Source of the DNA: Dehalococcoidia bacterium
Lineage (GTDB): Bacteria; Chloroflexota; Dehalococcoidia; GIF9; UBA5629
Assembly (NCBI GenBank): GCA_034433775.1
Contig: DAOUAI010000149.1
Span: 1-50,644 of the forward strand
Length of the DNA: 50,644 nt
Reading direction: 5' to 3'
Shown piece after piece: positions 9,365 to 16,881 of this stretch. Within the stretch, counting starts at the first letter, position 1. The number at the start of each line of letters is the position of its first letter. Under the pieces are notes generated by a model. That model saw only the letters and a list, made by a program, of their open reading frames with translations. It did no database searches and had not been told where the DNA came from. The position numbers and the translations under genes are program-made.

Positions 9365-9943
9365 ATGGCTTATCAGGCTAAAGACTACAGTAAGCTAGTT
9401 GGCATGGAGGGGTTTAGCGAGACATTGCTCAAGAACCATTTCACCCTATATCAGGGGTATGTGACCAGTACCAACAGACTGATGGACAGTCTATCTGCCA
9501 TGCTCAAGGAGGGCAAGCAGGGGACACCAGAGTATGCTGAGCTCAAGCGGCGGTTGGGCTGGGAGTTCAATGGTATGAGGTTGCACGAATATTACTTTGA
9601 AAATCTCGGTGGAAAGGGGTCATTGAACAAATCGAGCAAATTAGCTAGCAAGCTGGCGGAGGGCTTCGGTAGCTATGAGGACTGGGAAAAGGAGTTCAAA
9701 GCGTGTGGGACGATGCGAGGTATCGGCTGGGTCGTCCTTTATCAGGACAACATCACCGGGAAATTGTTCAACCAATGGATAAATGAACACGATGTGGGTC
9801 ATCCTGCTGGTTGTATACCCATACTGGTAATGGATGTTTTTGAGCATGCCTTTATGATTGACTACGGGCTCAAAAGGGCTGACTACATAGAGGCTTTCTT
9901 CCGCAATATCGATTGGGGCACAGTCGAGGGTAGATTAAGGTAG
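9365..9943 (+). CDS. Fe/Mn-family superoxide dismutase
   Basis: SOD blocks LLKNHFTLYQGYV, EFNGMRLHEYYF and DVFEHAFMIDY (Asp/His ligands). ATG 9365 follows GGAGGTG. The 9275 start in the track would overlap the desulforedoxin gene. Confidence 0.85.
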   Translation: MAYQAKDYSKLVGMEGFSETLLKNHFTLYQGYVTSTNRLMDSLSAMLKEGKQGTPEYAELKRRLGWEFNGMRLHEYYFENLGGKGSLNKSSKLASKLAEGFGSYEDWEKEFKACGTMRGIGWVVLYQDNITGKLFNQWINEHDVGHPAGCIPILVMDVFEHAFMIDYGLKRADYIEAFFRNIDWGTVEGRLR

Positions 9944-9958
9944 GTACGGAGTATTAAG

Positions 9959-10309
9959 ATGGGCGAGTTTGTTCGAGTAGGAGTAATTGGCGATTTCGCG
10001 GAAGGTGTGATGAAAGAGGTCAAGGTAAGGGACAAAGAAGTCCTGGTGGTCATGTCTGGGGGCAAATTCTACGCTGCCGCTGCTCGTTGTCCGCATATGG
10101 GTGGCAGGCTGGTACAGGGTAAACTTGAGGGCACGGTGGTCACCTGTCCATTACATGGCTCACAGTTCGACCTTACTGATGGGCATGTGGTCCGCTGGCT
10201 TAAAGGTTCAGGTGCACTTTCCGCAATAGGTAAGGCTATGAAAGGTCCCAAGGGACTGGACGCCTATAATATTAAGGTGGAAGGTGACACAGTCCTCGTA
10301 GAATTGTGA
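9959..10309 (+). CDS. Stand-alone Rieske [2Fe-2S] domain protein
   Basis: CPHMGGRL...CPLHGSQFDL (CxH...CxxH). Confidence 0.85.
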   Translation: MGEFVRVGVIGDFAEGVMKEVKVRDKEVLVVMSGGKFYAAAARCPHMGGRLVQGKLEGTVVTCPLHGSQFDLTDGHVVRWLKGSGALSAIGKAMKGPKGLDAYNIKVEGDTVLVEL

Positions 10310-10385
10310 GGGCGGATTGCTGGCGAAATTATTCAACGCTGCTATAATACAGGCTCTTGGTGGCAAGGTGTGAGGGGGCAAGGGC

Positions 10386-11045
10386 TCAGCCCTCTAGATG
10401 ATAACTGAGGGTGTCCAAGAACCAGCGGTTATCTTTAAGCACTTTGCCTGTCGTAGTAAGCTCGATCTTTTTCTTGAAGATGGGACCGTTGATTACCAGA
10501 GTATGGTATTCGCCGTTCTCACCGCAGAGGTCGATATTTTTACTTTTAAGATAGTCCAGAAAAACTCTAGACACAGGTTGCCCCACCCATTCCGGATCGA
10601 TTATGTCCGCTTGAGCGCTGACCACCACTGCCTCGAAGCCGTTGTCTATAAAAGTGTGGGGCACTTTTTCCGTCGTCCACCCCCACAGTGGTTCCAGAGC
10701 TTTGATACCCAGTTCTCCACAGACCCGCTCCACCCACTGCTTATGTTCCTCGAGGTATATATCGCCGAAGACCATACCTTCTATGCCTTTGGGAATAAGG
10801 CTGCTGACCGCCTGCTTGAATGCCGGCTCGTAGTCATCCCAAGATGTCTCCTGTTGCAGGAGCGGGATACCTAGAGCTTCACTCTGCAACTGGATTAGTC
10901 TGGCCTCGGTGCCATGGAAACTCACCCTTTGGAACTCTCTGGAGATGAAATTTACCAGATGGGAGACATAGTACCCCTGCCGTATAGCCTCAAAACACGC
11001 AAGACAACTATCTTTTCCTCCGCTCCAGGAAACGATATAACTCAT
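10386..11045 (-). CDS. Dph6/MJ0570-related ATP pyrophosphatase (diphthine-ammonia ligase-like N-type ATP-PPase domain)
   Basis: PP-loop SWSGGKDS at the N-terminus and about 220 aa in length. Overall resemblance to the MJ0570 family. Confidence 0.75.
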   Translation of the reverse strand: MSYIVSWSGGKDSCLACFEAIRQGYYVSHLVNFISREFQRVSFHGTEARLIQLQSEALGIPLLQQETSWDDYEPAFKQAVSSLIPKGIEGMVFGDIYLEEHKQWVERVCGELGIKALEPLWGWTTEKVPHTFIDNGFEAVVVSAQADIIDPEWVGQPVSRVFLDYLKSKNIDLCGENGEYHTLVINGPIFKKKIELTTTGKVLKDNRWFLDTLSYHLEG

Positions 11046-11073
11046 GGTCTTTGCAAAATCTGTGTGGCGTTAA

Positions 11074-11103
11074 ATTCTAGCGGTTTGGCAGGAAGCTGTC
11101 CAA
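11074..11103 (-). promoter_or_regulatory. Candidate sigma70-type promoter for the ATP-PPase gene
   Basis: Minus-strand TTGGAC, 18 nt spacer, TAGAAT. It lies about 30 nt upstream of ATG 11045. Confidence 0.3.
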
Positions 11104-11191
11104 CAGGCTGTAGTCTTTACTAGATTAATTGAGCAGTGCAATTTAAAGAGGAATAAAATCCTGCTATCTGGGGGTTGGCCGTCTTTACAAT

Positions 11192-11344
11192 TCAGAGGGC
11201 GCACCAGAGGATATAGATGTTTGCCGCTAAGAGCATGATGCCAATTAGAGCGAAGACGGATACAAGGAAGTAGGGGGTAGCATATACCATAACCGCTCCT
11301 AGCAAAAAGCCAACGAGGAGACCAACTAACCGAGTCCGGGACAT
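11192..11344 (-). CDS. Possible small membrane protein (50 aa, two hydrophobic helices)
   Basis: Translation is MSRTRLVGLLVGFLLGAVMVYATPYFLVSVFALIGIMLLAANIYILWCAL. A GGTGGGG SD-like element precedes the ATG. Otherwise unsupported. Confidence 0.3.
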   Translation of the reverse strand: MSRTRLVGLLVGFLLGAVMVYATPYFLVSVFALIGIMLLAANIYILWCAL

Positions 11345-11512
11345 TGCCCCACCGCTTATATATGTTATATGTGTCCTCTATACTGTACTCGTACGCCTAT
11401 TTATTATCTTATTACTTATACGATTTTTCTGTCAACAGTAGAGGGACAGGCTATGCATGCAAGCCCCGGTTTCTGGTACTATGTTAGTTGATAAACAAAG
11501 AAAGGAGATGCT

Positions 11513-11929
11513 ATGGATTATAGACGTATGACAGCGCCGTGTGGGCTGGACTGCTTTAATTGTTCTGTTTATCTGGCTAAAGACAATGAGCGACTGAGAG
11601 CGGCTGTTGCCCGGAACCTGAATATCCCGGTCGAGCGGGTGGCCTGCAGGGGTTGTCGTGAGGAAAACGGCACAATAGGTTTTCTAGGTATGACGGAGCC
11701 CTGTAATGTGTACAGGTGTATCCAGAAAAAGGGGCTGGATTTCTGCTGTGACTGTCCTGATTTTCCCTGTGGCCATCTGCATCCTTATGCCGATAAGGCG
11801 GCGGAGAGACCTCATAATACAAAGGTTTTCAACCTGTGTCTGATCAAGAAGATGGGGCTGGAGGCATGGGCGGAAACAAAGGCAAAGAGTGTGAGGGATA
11901 CATATTTTAGAGGGCAGCTCAGGCTGTAA
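11513..11929 (+). CDS. Cys-rich DUF3795-family protein
   Basis: CGLDCFNCSVY...CRGCREE...CCDCPDFPC pattern. AAGGAG SD. Confidence 0.65.
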   Translation: MDYRRMTAPCGLDCFNCSVYLAKDNERLRAAVARNLNIPVERVACRGCREENGTIGFLGMTEPCNVYRCIQKKGLDFCCDCPDFPCGHLHPYADKAAERPHNTKVFNLCLIKKMGLEAWAETKAKSVRDTYFRGQLRL

Positions 11930-11951
11930 AAGGAGCCTTACTGGTTAGGAG

Positions 11952-11978
11952 CAGCCTGTAATACGGCAGGTTGATTTT
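11952..11978 (+). terminator. Candidate rho-independent terminator after the DUF3795 gene
   Basis: Stem CAGCCUG / CAGGUUG (7 bp including one G-U), 8-nt loop, followed by AUUUUGG. Confidence 0.35.
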
Positions 11979-11993
11979 GGTCCCAAAAAGCAA

Positions 11994-12067
11994 CGCGCCT
12001 AGAGGGATTCGAACCCACGACCCCCGGTTCCGAAGACCGGTGCTCTTGTCCGCTGAGCTATAGGCGC
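11994..12067 (-). tRNA. tRNA-Arg (anticodon UCG)
   Basis: Cloverleaf read by hand. Acceptor GCGCCUA/UAGGCGC. Anticodon arm CCGGU-CUUCGGA-ACCGG. T-loop UUCGAAU. One U-U mismatch in the T-stem. No encoded CCA. Confidence 0.85.
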
Positions 12068-12110
12068 AAGTTATGTCGGGGAAAGGTTGCCCCAAACATC
12101 TGATATGTGG

Positions 12111-12188
12111 TGGGGTGAGCGGAGGGATTCGAACCCTCGTTCTTCAGGGCCACAACCTGACGCCTTGAACCGCTCGGCTACGCTCACC
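12111..12188 (-). tRNA. tRNA-His (anticodon GUG) with encoded G-1 and CCA
   Basis: Acceptor GUGAGCG/CGCUCAC, with an extra 5' G opposite discriminator C. Anticodon arm UCAGG-UUGUGGC-CCUGA. T-arm GAGGG-UUCGAAU-CCCUC. 3' CCA is encoded. Confidence 0.9.
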
Positions 12189-12205
12189 ACAAGGCTACAA
12201 GCGTT

Positions 12206-12235
12206 ATTATAGCCCAGTGGAAGAGCTATTGACAA
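12206..12235 (-). promoter_or_regulatory. Candidate promoter of the tRNA-His/tRNA-Arg unit
   Basis: Minus-strand TTGTCA, 18 nt spacer, TATAAT. The -10 ends about 17 nt before the tRNA-His 5' end. Confidence 0.4.
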
Positions 12236-12257
12236 AGGTCAAGGCTGGTATTACAAT
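12229..12257 (+). promoter_or_regulatory. Candidate promoter of the APC permease operon
   Basis: TTGACA, 17 nt spacer, TACAAT. Its -35 overlaps the -35 of the divergent tRNA promoter. Confidence 0.4.
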
Positions 12258-12279
12258 TCGCCATCAATAAGAAAATTCT

Positions 12280-13794
12280 GTGGCAGATACCTGGCAACCT
12301 AAGTTAGGTGATAGATTTGTTCGCCGACCGAGGATTACTGCACACCCTCTGAGGCGCGTATTAGGTGTTTCTGGGCTGTTCAGTGCTGGTTATGGCAATG
12401 TGGGTTCTTCTATCTACTATGCCCTGGGACTGGTGGCGCTGGTGGCTGCGGGAGCCACCCCTGTTGTGTTGGGGCTTGCTGGCATACTGTTCATCTTCAC
12501 AGCTTTGAGCTATGCTGAGGGTACAGCCATGTTTCCAGAGGCAGGAGGCTCTGCCAGTTTTGCCCGTCACGGGTTCAATGACCTGATGGGGTTCATCGCT
12601 GGCTGGGCATTGATGTTCAGTTACATCGTTACCATTGCGATATCTGCCTATACTATACCATCTTATCTCGGGCTTTTCTGGGAACCTCTGAAGACATCGC
12701 CTCTGGCACACACCAGCATGTCTATAGCTATTGTGCTGTTGCTGATGGTAGTTAATGTTATTGGTGTCAGAGAGTCTTCTCAGGTTAATGTGGGGCTGGC
12801 TATACTGGATATAGCAACTCAGCTGTTGATCATCGTCCTGGCTCTGACGATACTCTTCCATCCCGGTGTCTTCTGGCAGCGTGTCACTGAGTACTGGCCG
12901 TCGGTTGCCAATCTGGTCTTCGGTATAGCTATCGCAGCCATCGCCTTTACCGGCGTGGAAACGGTGTCGCAGATGGCGGAGGAGACGAGGCGTCCACAGG
13001 TGCGTGCCCCTAGGGCTTATATGTTGATGATCGTGGTGGTCTTGCTTATCTTCAGCGGTATTTCCATATCGGCTTTTTCAGCCATGACACCTGATGATCT
13101 GGCTTCTGAGTGGGCTACCGACCCGGTTGCTGGTATAGCCCATAAGGTCTCCATGGCTATTGTCCCTGACGAGCTGGCAGCAAGGCTTTTCCACGAGCCA
13201 ATACAGCATTATATCGCTGCCTGGTTTCTTGACGTGCTACGGACTGCTCTTCCCGTACTGGTAGCTGTACTGGCAGGCACGATTTTGTTTATAGCCACAA
13301 ATGCTGGGCTGCTGGGAATCTCACGTCTGGCTTTCTCACTGGGCAGGTTTAATCTGGTACCCGGCGTTCTAGGGAAAGTCCATCCCCGTTCCAAGACCCC
13401 TTATGTGGCTATAGTCGTTTTTACCTTGGTGGCTATACTGTTGCAAATACCAGGATTTTTCCGCCCGGATTTGTTTGAGTCTTTAGGCGGTCTTTATGCC
13501 TTTGGCTCCATGCTTTCCTTTGCCTTGGCCCATCTTTCTATTCTGGCGTTACGCTGGAAGATGCCAAAAATGGAGAGACCGTTTAAACTTGGCTGGAATG
13601 TGAAGTTCAAGGGCGCAGAATTTCCAGTGACTGCCATGATTGGTCTTTTGGGTACTGCTGCTATATGGATAGTAGTGGTCATGATGCAGGAATATAGCCG
13701 CTGGGTCGGTTTCGGCTGGATGGCGCTGGGGCTGGGTATTTATTTCTTGTTTCGCCGGTGGAGGCAGTTGCCTTTGGGTGGAGTGGCAAAGTAG
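12280..13794 (+). CDS. APC-superfamily (amino acid/polyamine/organocation) permease
   Basis: 504 aa with about 12 hydrophobic segments. N-terminal GYGNVGSSIYYALG-type motif. GTG start without a clear SD. Confidence 0.85.
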   Translation: MADTWQPKLGDRFVRRPRITAHPLRRVLGVSGLFSAGYGNVGSSIYYALGLVALVAAGATPVVLGLAGILFIFTALSYAEGTAMFPEAGGSASFARHGFNDLMGFIAGWALMFSYIVTIAISAYTIPSYLGLFWEPLKTSPLAHTSMSIAIVLLLMVVNVIGVRESSQVNVGLAILDIATQLLIIVLALTILFHPGVFWQRVTEYWPSVANLVFGIAIAAIAFTGVETVSQMAEETRRPQVRAPRAYMLMIVVVLLIFSGISISAFSAMTPDDLASEWATDPVAGIAHKVSMAIVPDELAARLFHEPIQHYIAAWFLDVLRTALPVLVAVLAGTILFIATNAGLLGISRLAFSLGRFNLVPGVLGKVHPRSKTPYVAIVVFTLVAILLQIPGFFRPDLFESLGGLYAFGSMLSFALAHLSILALRWKMPKMERPFKLGWNVKFKGAEFPVTAMIGLLGTAAIWIVVVMMQEYSRWVGFGWMALGLGIYFLFRRWRQLPLGGVAK

Positions 13795-13824
13795 GGTGAC
13801 TTTCAGGGTGAGATAAGCACATAA

Positions 13825-13853
13825 TTGCACTAGCGGACGGGCGAAACTATACT
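13825..13853 (+). promoter_or_regulatory. Candidate promoter giving an essentially leaderless usp transcript
   Basis: TTGCAC, 17 nt spacer, TATACT. The -10 ends 9 nt before ATG 13863, and no SD lies between them. Confidence 0.35.
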
Positions 13854-13862
13854 ATATTGTAG

Positions 13863-14303
13863 ATGATCAGCAAAAGCATGAAGCTGGAAAGGATGTTGGT
13901 CGCGGTGAACGGTAGAGATGCCGATGTCGAAACGGTAAGGTTAGCCTGTAACCTGGCAAAAAGATCGAAAGCGAAGATATATGTTCTCTATGTCATCGAG
14001 GTCAAGCGCAGCCTGCCACTGGATGCAATGATAGATTCCGAAGTGGAAAAGGCGGAAAAAGCGTTGACGAGAGCTGAGGAGATAGCTGCTGAGCTTGATT
14101 ATGAGGTGGAGACCGATTTGATTCAGGCGCGGGAAGTCGGTCCGGCAATCGTGGGCGAGGCGATGGAAAGAGATGTGGACTTAATCCTTATGGGATTTGC
14201 TTATAAGAAGCGTTTTGGCGTGTTTAATTTGGGCAGAGTTATCCCCTATGTTCTGGAGGAAGCTCCTTGCCGGGTGTTACTATATAGAGAACCTATTTCT
14301 TGA
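13863..14303 (+). CDS. Universal stress protein (UspA family)
   Basis: 146 aa with Usp-like architecture: LVAVNGRD..., ...DLILMG, and a C-terminal VLEEAPCRVLL block. Confidence 0.85.
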   Translation: MISKSMKLERMLVAVNGRDADVETVRLACNLAKRSKAKIYVLYVIEVKRSLPLDAMIDSEVEKAEKALTRAEEIAAELDYEVETDLIQAREVGPAIVGEAMERDVDLILMGFAYKKRFGVFNLGRVIPYVLEEAPCRVLLYREPIS

Positions 14304-14316
14304 GGAAGGCGGTGCT

Positions 14317-14730
14317 ATGAAAGTAATTATAATGGGTTGTGGGAGAGTAGGAGCCCAGCTAGCTAGCTTGCTTGATGCTGAGGGGCATGATGTGACCGTT
14401 CTTGATGTAGATGCTCACAGTTTCAGGCGATTGCCGCCGAGTTTCGGAGGTACGGCCCTTGTAGGCGATGGCACCGACCTCGAGACGCTGGAAAAAGCGG
14501 GCGCTGGGCAAGCTGATGCCTTTGTGGCGGTGACGCAGGGAGATAACCGTAATGTTATGGCGGCTCAAATCGCCAAGCAGATTTTCAACGTACCTAAGGT
14601 TGTTTGTCGGATATACGACCCGCTCCGCAAAGACGTTTATGAGGCGCTGGGTCTGGAGGCGCTTAGCCCCACGGTTATATTTGCACAAATGTTGAAGGAG
14701 AGAGTGCTTTCGTGGGAGAAGGTGAGATGA
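14317..14730 (+). CDS. RCK/TrkA-N (NAD-binding) domain protein, 137 aa
   Basis: MKVIIMGCGRVGAQLA Rossmann GxGxxG motif. ATG 14317 follows GAAGG. The track's 14197 start overlaps usp. Confidence 0.85.
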   Translation: MKVIIMGCGRVGAQLASLLDAEGHDVTVLDVDAHSFRRLPPSFGGTALVGDGTDLETLEKAGAGQADAFVAVTQGDNRNVMAAQIAKQIFNVPKVVCRIYDPLRKDVYEALGLEALSPTVIFAQMLKERVLSWEKVR

Positions 14731-14731
14731 A

Positions 14732-15391
14732 ATGTACATAATAATTATCGGCGGAGGCAGCGTTGGTTACAGTCTGTGTAAAGTCCTGTTGAGAGAAGGG
14801 CACGAGGTTCTGGTGCTGGACAAGGACCCTGCCAAATGTGAGAAATTTGAAGACGAGCTGGGTAGCGTATGTATGCGGGGTGATGGCTGTGAGGTATCTG
14901 TCTTGGCTGAGGCTGGAGCTTCGAGGGCAGATGTCTTTATAGCAGCTACTAATGAGGATGAAGACAACCTGGTGGCATGTCAGGTGGCAAAGCACAAGTT
15001 TGGGGTACCGCGTACTATCGCCCGCGTAAATGACCCCAAACACGAGGAGATCTTTAAGAAACTGGGAATTGATTGTCCGGTGAGTGTGACCAATGTCATT
15101 CTGGAGCATATTGAGGAAAAGCTTCCTACGCATCCGTTAGTCCATCTTTTGAGCATGGGCGAAGAGAAAATGGAGGTGGTTGAGATTAAGGTGCTGGAAG
15201 GATCGAAATCTGTGGGGAAGGCAATCAAGGATCTTGCTTTACCTGCTGACTCTGTCATGGCATTGTTGATAAGAAATGGGCAGAAGCCAACAGTGCCTAC
15301 CGCAAACACTGTGCTTATGGTCAATGACCGGATAATCGCTTTAACGACTACAGATAGTGAAGAAGCTTTGAAAGCAGAGTTGGTCGGGTGA
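14732..15391 (+). CDS. trkA: TrkA/KtrA-type K+ transport regulatory protein (RCK N plus C domains)
   Basis: MYIIIIGGGSVGYSL Rossmann motif plus a C-terminal TrkA-C-like domain (EVVEIKVLEGSKSVGKAIKDL). Confidence 0.85.
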   Translation: MYIIIIGGGSVGYSLCKVLLREGHEVLVLDKDPAKCEKFEDELGSVCMRGDGCEVSVLAEAGASRADVFIAATNEDEDNLVACQVAKHKFGVPRTIARVNDPKHEEIFKKLGIDCPVSVTNVILEHIEEKLPTHPLVHLLSMGEEKMEVVEIKVLEGSKSVGKAIKDLALPADSVMALLIRNGQKPTVPTANTVLMVNDRIIALTTTDSEEALKAELVG

Positions 15392-15414
15392 TGGATGGGT
15401 GTGCAAGGACGAGG

Positions 15415-16230
15415 ATGGTGAAGGTCGCTTTTCAGGGGGAGCGGGGGGCTTTCGGTGAGGACGCTGTCATCAACTTCTTCAAGGAGGCTGAACTTCTGAC
15501 CTGCCGTCACCTTGAGGATGTGTTTGTAGCTGTTTCAAAGGGGAAAGCTGATTTCGGCGTTGTGGCGGTGGAGAACTCGCTAGCTGGCAGTATCAATGAG
15601 ACTTATGACCTGTTGTTGCAGTATCAGGTGAATATCTACGGCGAAGTGAATTTGCGGATAAGCCATTGTTTGATGGCTTTGCCGGGTGAAAAGCTCGAAA
15701 ATATACAGACCGTCTATTCCCATCCCCAGGCTCTAGCACAATGCGAGGAGTTTTTGAAAGGGCTCGGTGCTGAGGTAGTGCCTACCTATAATACGGCGGC
15801 TAGCGCTAAAAGGATAAAGGAGGAGAAGCTCAAAAACTGTGCTGCTATTGCTAGCCGCAGGGCAGCGCAGATTTACGGTCTGGAAATTCTCGCCGAGGGC
15901 ATCGAGACCAGCAAGGATAACTATACTAGGTTCTTCGTAATTTCCCGACTTAAGGCAGCACCGGCAGCTAAGAACAAGACCTCTCTGGTATTCAGCACTG
16001 GAAATGTGCCCGGGGCTTTGTACGCCTGCTTGGGCGTTTTCGCCACCAGGAATATAAACTTGACCAAGCTAGAGTCGAGACCAAGCAAAAAGAAGCCCTG
16101 GGAATACGTATTTTATGTTGACTTTGAAGGGCACGTGGAGGACCCGGTTTGCCGCCAGGCTCTCAAAGAGATGGAACAGAGGACAAATTTTCTAAGGGTG
16201 CTCGGCTCTTATCCCTGCGCTGATGGCTAG
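15415..16230 (+). CDS. pheA: Prephenate dehydratase (PDT plus ACT domains)
   Basis: VKVAFQGERGAFGEDA start block, TRF motif (NYTRFFVI) and ESRP (LTKLESRPSKK). ATG 15415 follows AGGACGAGG. ATG 15391 is an alternative start. Confidence 0.9.
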   Translation: MVKVAFQGERGAFGEDAVINFFKEAELLTCRHLEDVFVAVSKGKADFGVVAVENSLAGSINETYDLLLQYQVNIYGEVNLRISHCLMALPGEKLENIQTVYSHPQALAQCEEFLKGLGAEVVPTYNTAASAKRIKEEKLKNCAAIASRRAAQIYGLEILAEGIETSKDNYTRFFVISRLKAAPAAKNKTSLVFSTGNVPGALYACLGVFATRNINLTKLESRPSKKKPWEYVFYVDFEGHVEDPVCRQALKEMEQRTNFLRVLGSYPCADG

Positions 16231-16266
16231 CTTTTTCTAATAAGCTACAGATACCATCACCTCAGT

Positions 16267-16287
16267 CCTCTCCCGTTTAGGGAGAGG
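16267..16287. terminator. Hairpin between convergent pheA and the HIT gene (candidate bidirectional terminator)
   Basis: CCTCTCCC-gttta-GGGAGAGG. The loop contains the HIT gene's stop codon. Confidence 0.3.
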
Positions 16288-16768
16288 AGGGTTTCAGGTT
16301 TTGCTTCAATTTCTGGTAGGTTGCGGTCAAAGATTCAGGGAGAACTTTTGTGTCTGCGATTATGGGCATGAAGTTGGTGTCGCCCTGCCAGCGGGGGACG
16401 ATGTGAGTATGGATATGGTCGGCTAACCCAGCGCCTGCTGCCTTGCCTAGATTCATTCCGATATTGAAGCCTTCAGGGCTCATCGTCTCCGTCAGGAGCT
16501 TGAGACCCAGTTTGACCATTTCTAGATGTTCTCTGGCTTCAGCATCGCTCAGTAAAGAAGGGTCTCCTACATGGCGGTAGGGGGCGACCATGAGATGCCC
16601 TGTATTGTAGGGGTAGACATTGAGGATTATGAAATTGCTTTCCCCGCGGTAAAGTATCAGGTTTGAGGCATCGTCAGCTTCTTTTGATTTTCGGCAAAGA
16701 AAACAGCCCGATTCTTCTGTGGCTTTATTTATGTATTCCATTCGCCAGGGCGCCCAGATGCGTTCCAT
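16277..16768 (-). CDS. HIT-family nucleotide hydrolase/transferase
   Basis: Histidine triad HIHTHIVPRW. N-terminal CxxC (CFLC). Confidence 0.85.
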   Translation of the reverse strand: MERIWAPWRMEYINKATEESGCFLCRKSKEADDASNLILYRGESNFIILNVYPYNTGHLMVAPYRHVGDPSLLSDAEAREHLEMVKLGLKLLTETMSPEGFNIGMNLGKAAGAGLADHIHTHIVPRWQGDTNFMPIIADTKVLPESLTATYQKLKQNLKPSSP

Positions 16769-16841
16769 TTATCGCAATATTAACCTAAAGTCAGGCCCAT
16801 TTGCAATAGCAGTGGTCTTTATATCGCACGGGTAAGAGCTA

Positions 16842-16870
16842 TTGACTTTAACGACTAACATTGTTATCTT
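16842..16870 (+). promoter_or_regulatory. Candidate promoter, near-leaderless, for the HExxH protein gene
   Basis: TTGACT, 17 nt spacer, TATCTT. The -10 ends 11 nt before ATG 16882. Confidence 0.3.
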
Positions 16871-16881
16871 TGTAGCTAGGT

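Noticed and set aside
10381-10393. AGGGC-tca-GCCCT hairpin between the convergent Rieske and ATP-PPase genes, as a terminator
   Set aside because: It has only 5 bp and a 3-nt loop, no T-tract, and it overlaps the stop codon. This is too weak to call.
11994-12067. U-U mismatch in the T-stem of tRNA-Arg(UCG), as a sign of a pseudo-tRNA
   Set aside because: All other stems, the loop sizes and the conserved T-loop are intact. A single 50-64 mismatch is tolerated in genuine tRNAs.
14197-14316. Upstream extension of the TrkA-N ORF overlapping usp
   Set aside because: The Rossmann fold begins at MKVIIMGCG (ATG 14317). The extension is the usp 3' end read in another frame.
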